Assembly (NCBI GenBank): GCA_002269645.1
Contig: NIVC01000773.1
Span: forward strand, 1-64,000
DNA length: 64,000 bases
Reading direction: 5' to 3'
DNA from: Macrostomum lignano
Lineage: Eukaryota
Of this stretch, positions 52,288-64,000 are shown piece after piece. Both the position numbers and the translations under genes were made by a program. The first letter of the stretch is position 1. Every line of letters begins with the position of its first letter. The notes under the pieces are model-generated. The model searched no databases, was not told where the DNA came from, and saw only the letters and a program-made list of their open reading frames with translations.

Positions 52288-52624
52288 CGAAATTTCGATT
52301 TGCGGTCAGTACAGACCAGCTTCCAAATAGTAGTAGCTGCTTATATTACTTAAAGCAGAACCGGTGGAACATTGCCGGACAAAAATGCACCAACAGTGAA
52401 TTCCATATTCTACGAATTGAAATGGTTTCTGTCACTTGCATGAGCTTTACAAATCCGTGATCGAATCATTCGATTGTAAGTAACCCTGCTTATTTTGTTT
52501 TAACAAAGTGTTTTTTTGCGTGGTTGCTCGCAACCCCTGGCGGGGTTCCAAACTGGCTTAAGACTGTTTGACACTCCTTAGCCTCTCTCTTAGATGAACT
52601 TGGTTGTCTCTGCGCCAGTTTTTT

Positions 52625-53085
52625 CTTTTGATTATCTCACCCCAGTGTCTCTTATCTATCGAGTATCTCACCCCAGTGTCTCTTATCTATCGAGTATCTC
52701 ACCCCAGTGTCTTATCTATCGAGTATCTCACCCCAGTGTCTCTTATCTATCGAGTATCTCACCCCAGTGTCTCTTATCTATCGAGTATCTCACCCCAGCG
52801 TCTCTCATCCATCGAGTTTCTCACCCCAGCGTCTCTCATCCATCGAGTTACGAGTATCTCACCCCAGCGTCTCTTATCCATCGAGTATCTCACCCCAGCG
52901 TCTCTTATCCATTGAGGATCTCACCCCAGTGTCTCTTATCTATCGAGTATCTCACCCCAGTGTCTCTTATCTATCGAGTATCTCACCCCAGCGTCTCTTA
53001 TCCATTGAGTATCTCACCCCAGTGTCTCTTATCTATCGAGTATCTCACCCCAGTGTCTCTTATCTATCGAGTATCTCACCCAAGC
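52625..53085. repeat. 31-bp minisatellite
   Basis: Unit tatctcaccccagtgtctcttatctatcgag. Confidence 0.95.
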
Positions 53086-53702
53086 ACCATATTCAATATC
53101 TCACTTCGGTGTGGCACTTTTATTCTCTCTTATCTCACTAAAGATTTGAGATCGCATTATTTGATGTTGCAACTATACAATTATGATGATAAACTAAAGT
53201 TGCACTTTTTCAACCACGATGAGTCAATCAAATTTATTGAAGGCTTGCTAAACTCGACTATAATTGATTTTATTATTAAAATGACCTTTTATGCCTTTCT
53301 AGGCCACTCTGCTGTCCAACTCGTGACTGAGGTCTCAGTTAATAAGCCAGTGTATCGCATCTCCCGTGCCTTCTTTCAAGTCTAGTGCAATAATGAATTC
53401 CCTGATAGCCATCTCTGTTCACCCCGCTACCGCTTAATACGGCGTCTCCGTCCACCTGCTATAGTGATGAACTCTTTACTAATTATTTCTATCGCCCACT
53501 TATCCTTATAAGCGTGCGCCAGCTTCACAACTGCTAGAAGCGGAAACGTTTCAGCAAAGATTGATTCTTGCGCGATATTTGTAATAAAATTGTGATTAAA
53601 AATATATATTATTTTTCTTCTGCTGTGATGCTCAAAGCAATTATTTAATTTGTTTGTGGCTTTGCGATTTCGATTTTCCTGCGGCCCGTCTAGCGCATTT
53701 AG

Positions 53703-53733
53703 CGTCTGTCTGTCTGCCTGTCTGTCTGTCTTA

Positions 53734-53803
<70 letters not shown>

Positions 53804-53829
53804 TATTGTCTGTCTTATTGTCTGTCTTA

Positions 53830-53903
<74 letters not shown>

Positions 53904-53905
53904 TA

Positions 53906-53947
<42 letters not shown>

Positions 53948-53963
53948 GCTTTAGTGTCTGTCC

Positions 53964-54034
<71 letters not shown>

Positions 54035-54035
54035 A

Positions 54036-54068
<33 letters not shown>

Positions 54069-54091
54069 CCTGCCTGTCTGTCTGTCTGTCA

Positions 54092-54129
<38 letters not shown>

Positions 54130-54140
54130 GTGTCTGTCTG
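53703..54140. repeat. (TCTG)n microsatellite
   Basis: Direct reading. Confidence 0.97.
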
Positions 54141-54462
54141 TGCAGCAGCAATGCACAGTAAGGCACGCAGCCTTTGCTTATAATCCGTATTCCAGTCATA
54201 TTCAGTGTCGTTAAATTAATGGAAATGTCGCTTCTGATAATATAATTCGTTCGAAATTTCTTAACAGTCCGCGCCTTCCTTTGCTTTCTAGCGGCGGGTA
54301 TTTTTCCTATGGCGATTGGCGCTTTTCTTTATTTAGTCACTTTGTTAAAATCTCTAGAGATTCGAATTTTAAGTAACACCCGGCACTTCGCTGAGATGCC
54401 GGCTTTAATAGACACGAAGAAATGAAGATTTCGGCCTCTTTTCTTTCTTGCTCGTATCTTCC

Positions 54463-54466
<4 letters not shown>

Positions 54467-54533
<67 letters not shown>

Positions 54534-54535
54534 CT
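54467..54535. repeat. (CT)n microsatellite
   Basis: Direct reading. Confidence 0.97.
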
Positions 54536-54827
54536 CTGCTTTTGCGTTTGCTAATTTCTCTATTTCCAGTCAATTCGGTCTCGGTCGAATCCCCCCGAGG
54601 ACTCGTGCACCCATGCAGCGCCGGTCACTGTAGCTGGCACTCCTCCGGCCTCCTCGGCCTCAACTCCCGCTAAGCAACACGTGCAGCCTTCCAGCCTGCT
54701 TGCAGCTTCATTTCCCGTCCTCCTGCAGCCTCTAATCTGCTCCGGGCTGCTGAGCTGCTCCATTATAGCTGTGCGCCCCTGTTGCCGGGCTGTTGGACCG
54801 GGGGAAATTGGGTGCCGTAGGGCTGTG

Positions 54828-55095
54828 CCTGTCTTAATGCCTGTCTCAGTGTCTGTCTCAGTGCCCGTCTTAATGCCTGTCTCTGTCTGTCTCAGTGCCT
54901 GTCTCAGTGTCTGTCTCAGTGTCTGTCTCAGTGCCCGTCTTAATGCCTGTCTCAGTGTCTGTCTCAGTGCCTGTCTCAGTGTCTGTCTCAGTGCCCGTCT
55001 CAGTGTCTGTCTCAGTGCCCGTCTTAATGCCTGTCTCATGTCTGTCTCAGTGCCTGTCTCAGCATCTGTCTCAGTGTCTCTCTCAGTGCCTGTCT
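54828..55095. repeat. 12-bp degenerate minisatellite
   Basis: Unit tgtctcagtgYc. Confidence 0.9.
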
Positions 55096-55143
55096 TGTGT
55101 CTGTCTGTCTATCTTTCTTTCCGTCTGTCCGTCTGTCTTAGTT

Positions 55144-55174
<31 letters not shown>

Positions 55175-55539
55175 TAGTGTCTTAGTACTGTTTTATTTTG
55201 AAGTCTGCGACATTTTCAAGACCCATTTACAATCCTCTGCAGACTCTTTCTCAACCCTCACTCCAAAGCGTTTAGTTCCTTGTTTGATTCATCTGACAAG
55301 GAATTTCATTTCAAAAGCTCGCCGTCACCGCCGCCACTGATTGGCATTTCACAAGCGTCCCGTGGAGCCCGAAATTTTCGGCTGCTGCTTCGTCTGAATC
55401 TTTAAATGCTTCGTGCCAAGATTTTAAATAGGCTCATTTCTGAATGCTCCATTCTGTTTGAGAATTCTCTGCTGTGTACTTTGATCATGTTGCAGCCGTC
55501 TGTTGCATACATCACACCCGATTATAATTTAAGTCCCAT

Positions 55540-55860
55540 GGACACTCCAGACATTATAATTTAAATCACATGGACACCCCAGACATTATAATTTAAGTCC
55601 AATGGACACCCCAGACATTATAATTAGGATCCCATGGACACCCCATCCATTATAATTAGAATCCCATGGACACCCCATCCATTATAATTAGGATCCCATG
55701 GACACCCCATCCATTATAATTAGGATCCCATGGACACCCCATCCATTATAATTAGGATCCCATGGACACCCCATCCATTATAATTAGGATCCCATGGACA
55801 CCCCATCCATTATAATTAGGATCCCATGGACACCCCATCCATTATAATCAGAATTCCATT
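55540..55860. repeat. 32-bp minisatellite
   Basis: Unit ccattataattaggatcccatggacaccccat. Confidence 0.93.
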
Positions 55861-56062
55861 GACATCCCAGCCATTACACTTAGACAATTCCGTGGACACT
55901 AGTCAATAAAATTAGAGCATCACAGACACCCCAATGCAGTTTAATTAGATTGGAATTCTCATCCGGACACCTCAGCAAACAGAATTAGAGTCACACGGAC
56001 AGCAGCCATCGAAATATTCCTGGCATTGCTGCGGCTCCGGAGTCCCTAAACCGGACTTCCTG

Positions 56063-56781
56063 ATGATCCCGTGCGCCAAGTTCCGTGGCTGCCTGCTGGC
56101 CGCCCTGGCTGGCGACTGCCTCGGCGCCCAGTTCGAGTTCTCTCCTCGGCGGTCCAGCTTCCGCACTGTTTGGCTGGCGTTCGACGCCAACATGCGCGAG
56201 CGGCGCCGCTGGCCGCTGGTGTACACAGACGACACGGCGCTGACAAGGGCCGTCTGCGAGTCGCTCGTCGACTGCCGCGGTCGCGTTGAACCGGCGTCGC
56301 TGGCCCGCTCGCTCACCGACGCCTACTTTAAGGCCACCGACCGTGGCTACGGCGCGGCCGCTGGCGGCGTCTTTGAAGACCTTCGAGACGCCAACTTCGC
56401 CGATCCATTTGGCCCGGCGGCGGCTCTGTTCGAGGGGCGCGGTAGCTATGGCAACGGGGGCGCGATGCGGGCCGCCCCGCTGGGTTTGATCGGTGCTGCG
56501 GCTGCGGCGGCTCCGAACGCCGAGGAGGTGCAACTGGCCACCCGGGTCACTCATTCCAATGCGCTGGCCCTGGCCGGGGCGAGGCTCATGGCTGCGGCCG
56601 TGCGACTGGCGCTGCGCTTCGACGGCGTCGACGTGGACAGGTAAGCCGGGAGCAGCCAGCAGGATCCGGGGAAAGAGGCCTCAGTCTGGTAGTCCTTGGC
56701 TATGCGATCTGAATTGGAAGATTGAGAGCTGAGTATTCTGGGCTAACTAACTAACTAACTAACTAACCAACTAACTAACTG

Positions 56782-56815
<34 letters not shown>

Positions 56816-56845
56816 CAACTAACTAACTGACTAACTAACTGACTG

Positions 56846-56896
<51 letters not shown>

Positions 56897-56897
56897 G

Positions 56898-56980
<83 letters not shown>

Positions 56981-57009
56981 GAATAACTAACTAACTAACT
57001 AACTAACTG

Positions 57010-57108
<99 letters not shown>

Positions 57109-57146
57109 GACTGACTGACTGACTGACTAACTAACTGACTAACTAG

Positions 57147-57216
<70 letters not shown>

Positions 57217-57217
57217 G

Positions 57218-57264
<47 letters not shown>

Positions 57265-57310
57265 GACTAACTAACTGACTGACTGACTGACTAACTAACT
57301 GACTAACTAG

Positions 57311-57368
<58 letters not shown>

Positions 57369-57401
57369 GACTAACTAACTAACTAACTAACTAACTGACT
57401 G

Positions 57402-57468
<67 letters not shown>

Positions 57469-57593
57469 GACTGACTAACTAACTAACCAACTAACTAACT
57501 GACTAACTAACTGACTGACTAACTAACTAACTAACCGACTAACTAACTAACTAACTAACTGACTAACTAACTAACTAACGAACTAACTAACTG

Positions 57594-57624
<31 letters not shown>

Positions 57625-57629
57625 GACTG

Positions 57630-57710
<81 letters not shown>

Positions 57711-57725
57711 CTAACTAACTGACTG

Positions 57726-57762
<37 letters not shown>

Positions 57763-59312
57763 CTAACTAACTGACTGACTAACTAACTAACTAACTGACT
57801 GGCTACCTTAATTCAGGGTAGGGTTGGGGTTAAGGTTAAACATTTCCTCTATCGAGTCCAACCGGTCAATTTTCAGACTGTACGACTCGCTCGCAGCAGA
57901 GGCGGCAGCCGCTGACACGGCCTGCGGCCTTCACGAAGGCGAAGCTTCGTCCTACACGTCTTCGATGCGCCAGGTGAAGGAGTTTCTAGGAAAGCATCCG
58001 GCCTCATCGGCTGTCGACGAAGAGGCGCGCGCGGTGGCCGGCGCCCTCGGCACGGAGGTCACGGCGCTGCGAAGCGTGCCGACCGCCATCTACTGCGCGC
58101 TGAGGTTGGTGACGCCTTTCTGTGACTTTTCTTCGAATTCATTGATGCGGCTTGGTGAATGGAACAAAGGAATGCTGATAAACTTTGTTTCTTGGAATCG
58201 TTTCAAGTGTAATAAATTATCACTCTTCCTTGAGCCATGGCATCTCAGCAACTCCCCATTGAGCCATGGCATCTCAGCAACTCCCCATTGAGCCATGGCA
58301 TCTCAGCAACTCCCCATTGAGCCATGGCATCTCAGCAACTCCCCATTGAGCCATGGCATCTCAGCAACTCCCCATTGAGCCATGGCATCTCAGCAACTCC
58401 CCATTGAGCCATGGCATCTCAGCAACTCCCCATTGAGCCATGGCATCTCAGCAACTCCCCCATTGAGCCATGGCATCTCAGCAACTCCCCATTGAGTCAT
58501 GGCATCTCAGCAACTCCACCATTGTAAACCATGGCATCTCAGCAACTCCCCTTGAGTCATGGCATCTCAGCAACTCCACCATTGTAAACCATGGCATCTC
58601 AGCAACTCCCCATTGAGCCATGGCATCTCAGCAACTCCCCATTGAGCCATGGCATCTCAGCAACTCCCCCATTGAGCCATGGCATCTCAGCAACTCCCCA
58701 TTGAGCCATGGCATCTCAGCAACTCCCCATTGAGCCATGGCATCTCAGCAACTCCCCATTGAGCCATGGCATCTCAGCAACTCCACCATTGTAAACCATG
58801 GCATCTCAGCAACTCCCCTTGAGTCATGGCATCTCAGCAACTCCACCATTGTAAACCATGGCATCTCAGCAACTCCCCATTGAGTTAATCCTTATCGTAA
58901 CTCTGCTCTCAACGTTTATCGCCTCATCACCTTGATCCTTGGCTTATTAGCATCTTGGTTTGCTCTTTATTTCAAACTCAGCCCAACCCGCCTACCCTTC
59001 AGAACCCTTCGGCCAAGCCACCGCGTTCACCCGTTGATATCTGAATGGCAACCGCCTGGCAACCAGAATCCGAGCATTGATGAAGCGGTTAGCACTGAGC
59101 AGCGGCAGCAGCAGCAGCGCCTGGTCGACTGCCTGACCTTCGCTGTCTCCCTCGGCGGCGACACGGACACCATCGCCTCCATGGCCGGCGCCATTGTTGG
59201 CGCGGCGCTTGGCGCCGACGCCCTGCCGGCTTCGCTGATGCTGGCCTGCGAAGCCAGCGACGCTGTGGACTCTCTGGCCACTCGGCTGCATAGGGTGGCC
59301 TACTCCAGCTGA
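56063..59312 (+). CDS. ADPRS: ADP-ribosylhydrolase ARH3 (ADPRHL2). Exons: 56063-56640, 57877-58104, 59003-59312
   Basis: FRGCLLAALAGDCLG, YTDDTAL, GSYGNGGAMRAAP, THS, A..SVPTAIYC, AVSLGGDTDTIASMAGAIVGA: the ARH metal-binding TDD and DTDT motifs are present. Junctions GT..AG, phases 2 and 2; stop TGA at 59310-59312. Confidence 0.93.
56745..57800 (+). repeat. (CTAA)n array, ~1.05 kb, filling ARH3 intron 1
   Basis: Direct reading; CTGA variants. Confidence 0.98.
58232..58885. repeat. 29-bp minisatellite in ARH3 intron 2
   Basis: Unit gagccatggcatctcagcaactccccatt. Confidence 0.96.
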
Positions 59313-59344
59313 TGATGGGGTGCCTCTGTGACTGGCAACCCTTC

Positions 59345-59562
59345 CTGCCCTCCCTTATCAGTCTCTCCCTTATCAGTCTCTCCCTTATCAGTCTCTCCCT
59401 TATCAGTCTCTCCCTTATCAGTCTCTCCCTTATCAGTCTCTTATCAGTCTCTCCCTTATCAGTCTCTCCCTTATCAGTCTCTCCCTTATCAGTCTCTCCC
59501 TTATCAGTCTCTCCCTTATCAGTCTCTCCCTTATCAGTCTCTCCCTTATCAGTCTCTCCCTT
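59345..59562. repeat. 15-bp minisatellite just after the ARH3 stop codon
   Basis: Unit atcagtctctccctt. Confidence 0.95.
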
Positions 59563-59904
59563 CTCTTCTGTCACTTCATCTGCCTACAAATTTTGCCGTA
59601 GCCTTTTGAACTACGTTTTGCCCCAAGCTTATCTTACTATACTTACTCATACTGAAGTGCAGTTGCTGCAGGCTATTTGAGTGTATACGACTAGCATATT
59701 TTATAATCTCATACGCCTGCTGGAGCTTATGGTGACACGGACAGGCTGAGGCGCAGACGTTTGTCAGTCATGGAATAATTGTGCTGCCGCTGCTTGGAGA
59801 TTTGCAAAAAAATATGTTACTCAGAAAACTTTCGTATTGGCCTTTCGACTCCTGATACAGATGGACTGGTGGACTGGACTGCAACCTCGATTGCAGTTGC
59901 TCAG

Positions 59905-60735
59905 ATGACCAGGGGCTCACGGGGAATTGCTCAGATGGTTCGGGGCTCAGGGGGAATTGCTCAGATCTTTAGCGGCTCACGGGGAATTTCTCAGGTGGTA
60001 AGGGCTCAGGGGGAGTTGCTCAGATGGTTAGAGGCTCACGGGGAATTGCTCAGATGGTTAGAGGCTCACGGGGAATTGCTCAGATGGCCAGAGGCTCACA
60101 GGGAATTGCTCAGATGGCCAGAGGCTCACAGGGAATTGCTCAGATGGCCAGAGGCTCACAGGGAATTGCTCAGATGGCCAGAGGCTCACAGGGAATTGCT
60201 CAGATGGCCAGAGGCTCACAGGGAATTGCTCAGATGGCCAGAGGCTCACTAGGGAATTGCTCAGATGGCCAGAGGCTCACAGGGAATTGCTCAGATGGCC
60301 AGAGGCTCACAGGGAATTGCTCAGATGGTTAGCGGCTCAGGGGGAGTTGCTCAGGTGGTTAGAGGCTCACGGGGAATTGCTCAGATGGTTAGCGGCTCAT
60401 GGGGAATTGCTCAAATAAGCAGGGGCTCACGGGGAATTGCTCAGATGGCCAGAGGCTCACAGGGAATTGCTCAGATGGCCAGAGGCTCACAGGGAATTGC
60501 TCAGATGGCCAGAGGCTCACTAGGGAATTGCTCAGATGGCCAGAGGCTCACTAGGGAATTGCTCAGATGGCCAGAGGCTCACAGGGAATTGCTCAGATGG
60601 CCAGAGGCTCACAGGGAATTGCTCAGATGGCCAGAGGCTCATGGGGAGTTGCCCAGATGGGCGGGGGCTCACGGGGAATTGCTCAGATGACCAGGGACTT
60701 ACGGGGAATTTCTCGGATGACCAGGGGCTCGCGGG
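59905..60735. repeat. 30-bp minisatellite
   Basis: Unit gctcacagggaattgctcagatggccagag. Confidence 0.95.
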
Positions 60736-62234
60736 GAATCACTTGGATGACTAATTATGCGAGGAAAATTTATCAGTTATTTTGTTATTATGCTTTAGCT
60801 TGTTTACTTAGCTGCTGTTTTATATTATAACTACAATACATTTTGATATGTTGGTAATAACAGAAAAGGTACGAGCTAAACGACTCGATCACGGATCGGT
60901 GATGTTTTGTTTTTATTTTGCGATCCTACGTCAGACTCTTAGTTCAGTGACTGTCCGTGCAGCTCAGGTTTATCTAATATTTATACAACTCCAGGCTCGA
61001 CAACTGCAGCGAAAAGCTGTAAGATTAATCGGGCTGGCCAGAAGCCAGTTATATGCAGACAGTAGATGTAGGCTTTAGTAGCTTCCGACAACCTGTCTAT
61101 TGTGCCTGTCATGCGACCCCGCGTCTGCTAGCACGAGGTAGCGTATGGGCTTAAGCCCGGCCCGTGAGCCAGCTGCAGCACAGTAATAAAATAAAGGCTA
61201 GGTAGACCCCCAAATCCCCAATTAATCTGTCTGCGCCAGACTCCTCACCTGACCTGAGTTCTCTGTCTTTTGTGGGGTGTAGGAGTTGAGGCCCAATGAT
61301 TCTGTTCCCAATGCTTTGTCTCGCCCAGTACATCTGTTTATCATCCTCTCTCTCTCTGTAGAACCGCTTCCGGTCTAGCTAATTAATTAATCGTTCAAAT
61401 TTTCATCTATTTATCGATTTGTTTATATCCCCGTGTTGTGTGTGTGTGTGTGTGTGCTTTCTGGGGCGTAGACCCAAATCATTTTTCGATTCATCTTGCA
61501 GCAAGATTTGGTCTATCCATACGTACTTTTTTCGGTTAGAGTTCGACGTTCGAGTTAGAGTTAAAAGCAATCTAAGTCAAGATGCACACGCTGAGCTCCA
61601 GTTTGCCCTGGTGTAAGGTAGCAGCTCTTAACTGTGGTAAATATGGGGTTGGATCTTCAGTCCGCAATCTCAGCACTGTTACCAAACCGTACATCCTTAA
61701 AATTTGAATTTCAACAATCGGAATTTTAATCCGGAAGGATAGTCAGGACTCCTCATTGGAGAGGGTGGCGCCATGCCATTTTCACTGGGCGGTATCATTA
61801 CTCTGGCAGCCGACTGCCGGAGCCTGGCAACGCGCCTAAATAAATCGGCAAGTGACAACAACAGTTTTCTTTTTTGCAGGTCACAATGAAATTTTATTGC
61901 GAATCCTTCATTCGGTTGGTTTGTTATCAGTGAATTCGCAGCTGGTTTATTCTTTAACTCTGTTGGGGGGATTAAAACGTTAAACTGCATCTTTCAAATG
62001 GACAAAATGTTCTGGAAACACATCGGATCTATGGTTCCATGGGCTTGAATCGAGTGACGAAAAATCAACTTCAGTTATTCTTCCAGTGTGTTAGGGACTC
62101 TGCGTGTTCTTTCATCCGTTGGCTGCTTGTCCGCGTTTTCCCGATCTGAAATTATAGTTTATCGAATTTTTAAGGACATATGCTTCCCTGGTCTGTACTA
62201 CTCAGCTATGTTTCTTACACGAAGTGGGACTTCA

Positions 62235-62688
62235 CTTGGATCTGAAGCCATCGCCGATCCACTTCTTGGACCTGAAGCCATCACCGAGCCACTTCTTGGA
62301 CCTGAATCCATCACCGAGCCACTTCTTGGACCTGAAGCCATCACCGAGCCACTTCTTAGACCTGAAGCCATCACCTAGCCACTTCTTGGACCTGAATCCA
62401 TCACCGAGCCACTTCTTGGACCTGAAGCCATCGCCGATCCACTTCTTGGACCTGAATCCATCACCGAGCCACTTCTTGGACCTGAAGCCATCGCCGAGCC
62501 ACTTCTTAGACCTGAAGCCATCACCGAGCCACTTCTTAGACCTGAAGCCATCACCGAGCCACTTCTTAGACCTGAAGCCATCGCCTATCCATTTCTTGGA
62601 CCTGAAGCCATCGCCGATCCACTTCTTGGACCTGAAGCCATCGCCGATCCACTTCTTGGACCTGAAGCCATCGCCGATCCACTTTTTA
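62235..62688. repeat. 30-bp minisatellite
   Basis: Unit cacttcttggacctgaagccatcaccgagc. Confidence 0.95.
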
Positions 62689-64000
62689 GTCAGGCGTTCG
62701 TCGTTATCATAGCCAGAAACTTCGTGGCTGGAACTTTCCTGAAAGGTGTTTTGTTTTCAGTTGTAAATTTGTACTATCGGTTTTCATCCAACTCAAATAT
62801 CAATCCGCTCACAAAAATGATCGGTAATAATAACAGAAAGCTTACCAGCTTTTCGGAGAAGACCAGCGTACCACTCAGAGCCACTGTAATGAGAGATTGG
62901 GTGACCAAGATGTTTAAATTTAAGAGGTTATGCAAATTTTAGTCCATTTCTACAAAAATTCGAATGCATAATTCTGCGCTGGAACGCAGAAGTCCTGTTC
63001 TGCAGTTAAGAGAGAGGCTCAGTACAGAATCACACGATAGAACACAGTTCTTTCTCTCCATCTCTCTGGCACACACAGATTTATTCCATGCAATCTGGAT
63101 GGGCTGAGATAAATCCTCTCTCTTGAGTTCATCTCTGAGCGAAAGCGAACAGGCGCGTGTTGACTGAGCAGTCGAACATCGAGACAGATGGCCGAAAGAA
63201 AGACACATGCCGTTTCTTTCGGGCTTCGCACCCGGGAAGTAGGTAGAGGTTTACGTAAGTCCTGTGCAATTGTGCAGATATTCGCAGTAATATAATATTT
63301 ACGAGTAATTAGAGTGTTAATATTTGCTCTGCAGAAATGCTCCGGGATTGCGCGAATCCACTATAGCAGCATCCTAGTGTCCATCTAGCAGTGAAATATT
63401 TAGCTAATGAAATTCCATACGACTCAGTGGGTTATGAATAAATGTAAATCGTTCAAAATTAACGCAAAGACACGCAATTTGTCCCGAAATTCGAATATAG
63501 AGGCCAACTGTTCATAGAAAAGGCTTGCCGAGTTAATGCCGACTTTGCAACTGGTTAGCCGGTCACATCTCGCATCGGCTTTCCTTTGTATCATGTGTCT
63601 TCAAATATCCCGATCTCTCTCTGCATCAGCGATGACCTTGGAGACTTTCTGCTAGCAGTACAAAGAAAGACACACTGGCAGATGAGAGAGGAAGTGCGCC
63701 AGTGTGGGGGGAAATGGAAGGCAAGAATGGCCTGCTCTGAAAGCCAGATTGATGACTCTTGACGGCAGCTCGCAGCGGCTAATGGAAGGGAAAGCAATGA
63801 ATCGGGGGGGCCCGAGTCACTAGCCAAGCTTTAGTGATTCAGCACTCTGACGTCGCATCTGGTTCTGCCTTTTACCCTCTCACCTTCGCTGCACACTAAT
63901 GCTTTCAGTTTTGCTTTTGCTGTTTCATAGACAGAGCAATACTAATATTGCTTGCACTTTTTTCAAGCCACTTTGCTAGGATAAATCGCTATGGCTAAAC

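Noticed and set aside
54560-54830. GC-rich exon-like segment between microsatellites
   Set aside because: No recognisable domain or consistent partner exons; it may be part of a repeat, like the similar patch at 44900-45130.
56442-56455. X-box-like GTAGCTATGGCAAC
   Set aside because: It lies in the conserved ARH3 GSYGNG coding motif and is explained by protein constraint.
61067-61332. Solo LTR (TGTA..TACA with AATAAA)
   Set aside because: No matching target-site duplication (taga vs tctg) and no similarity to the Gypsy LTRs in this window.

Overview
Repeat-rich, intron-rich invertebrate nuclear DNA. The mix of GC-rich exons and minisatellite-filled introns suggests a flatworm such as Macrostomum, but this is inference only. 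Six protein-coding loci can be reconstructed by hand: the 3' half of unc-13/Munc13 (+, to 8481), an ERICH2-like gene (-), a ZIP13-type zinc transporter (-, 7 exons), an orphan two-transmembrane protein with a PY motif (-), a kelch-repeat protein (+, one apparent frameshift) and ARH3/ADPRS (+, 3 exons). Mobile DNA includes a defective Ty3/Gypsy provirus carrying a P-like MITE, a Harbinger-like MITE nested in a long-TIR element, a tRNA-derived SINE and a LINE 3' fragment. About 30 tandem arrays are present. The most striking feature is a pair of homologous 128-nt exons encoding alternative versions of the Ca2+/phosphoinositide-binding loop of the unc-13 C2B domain; their frame arithmetic forces mutually exclusive use. 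Exon boundaries were read manually from GT/AG context and frame continuity. Repeat-array boundaries are approximate (+/- 20 bp).
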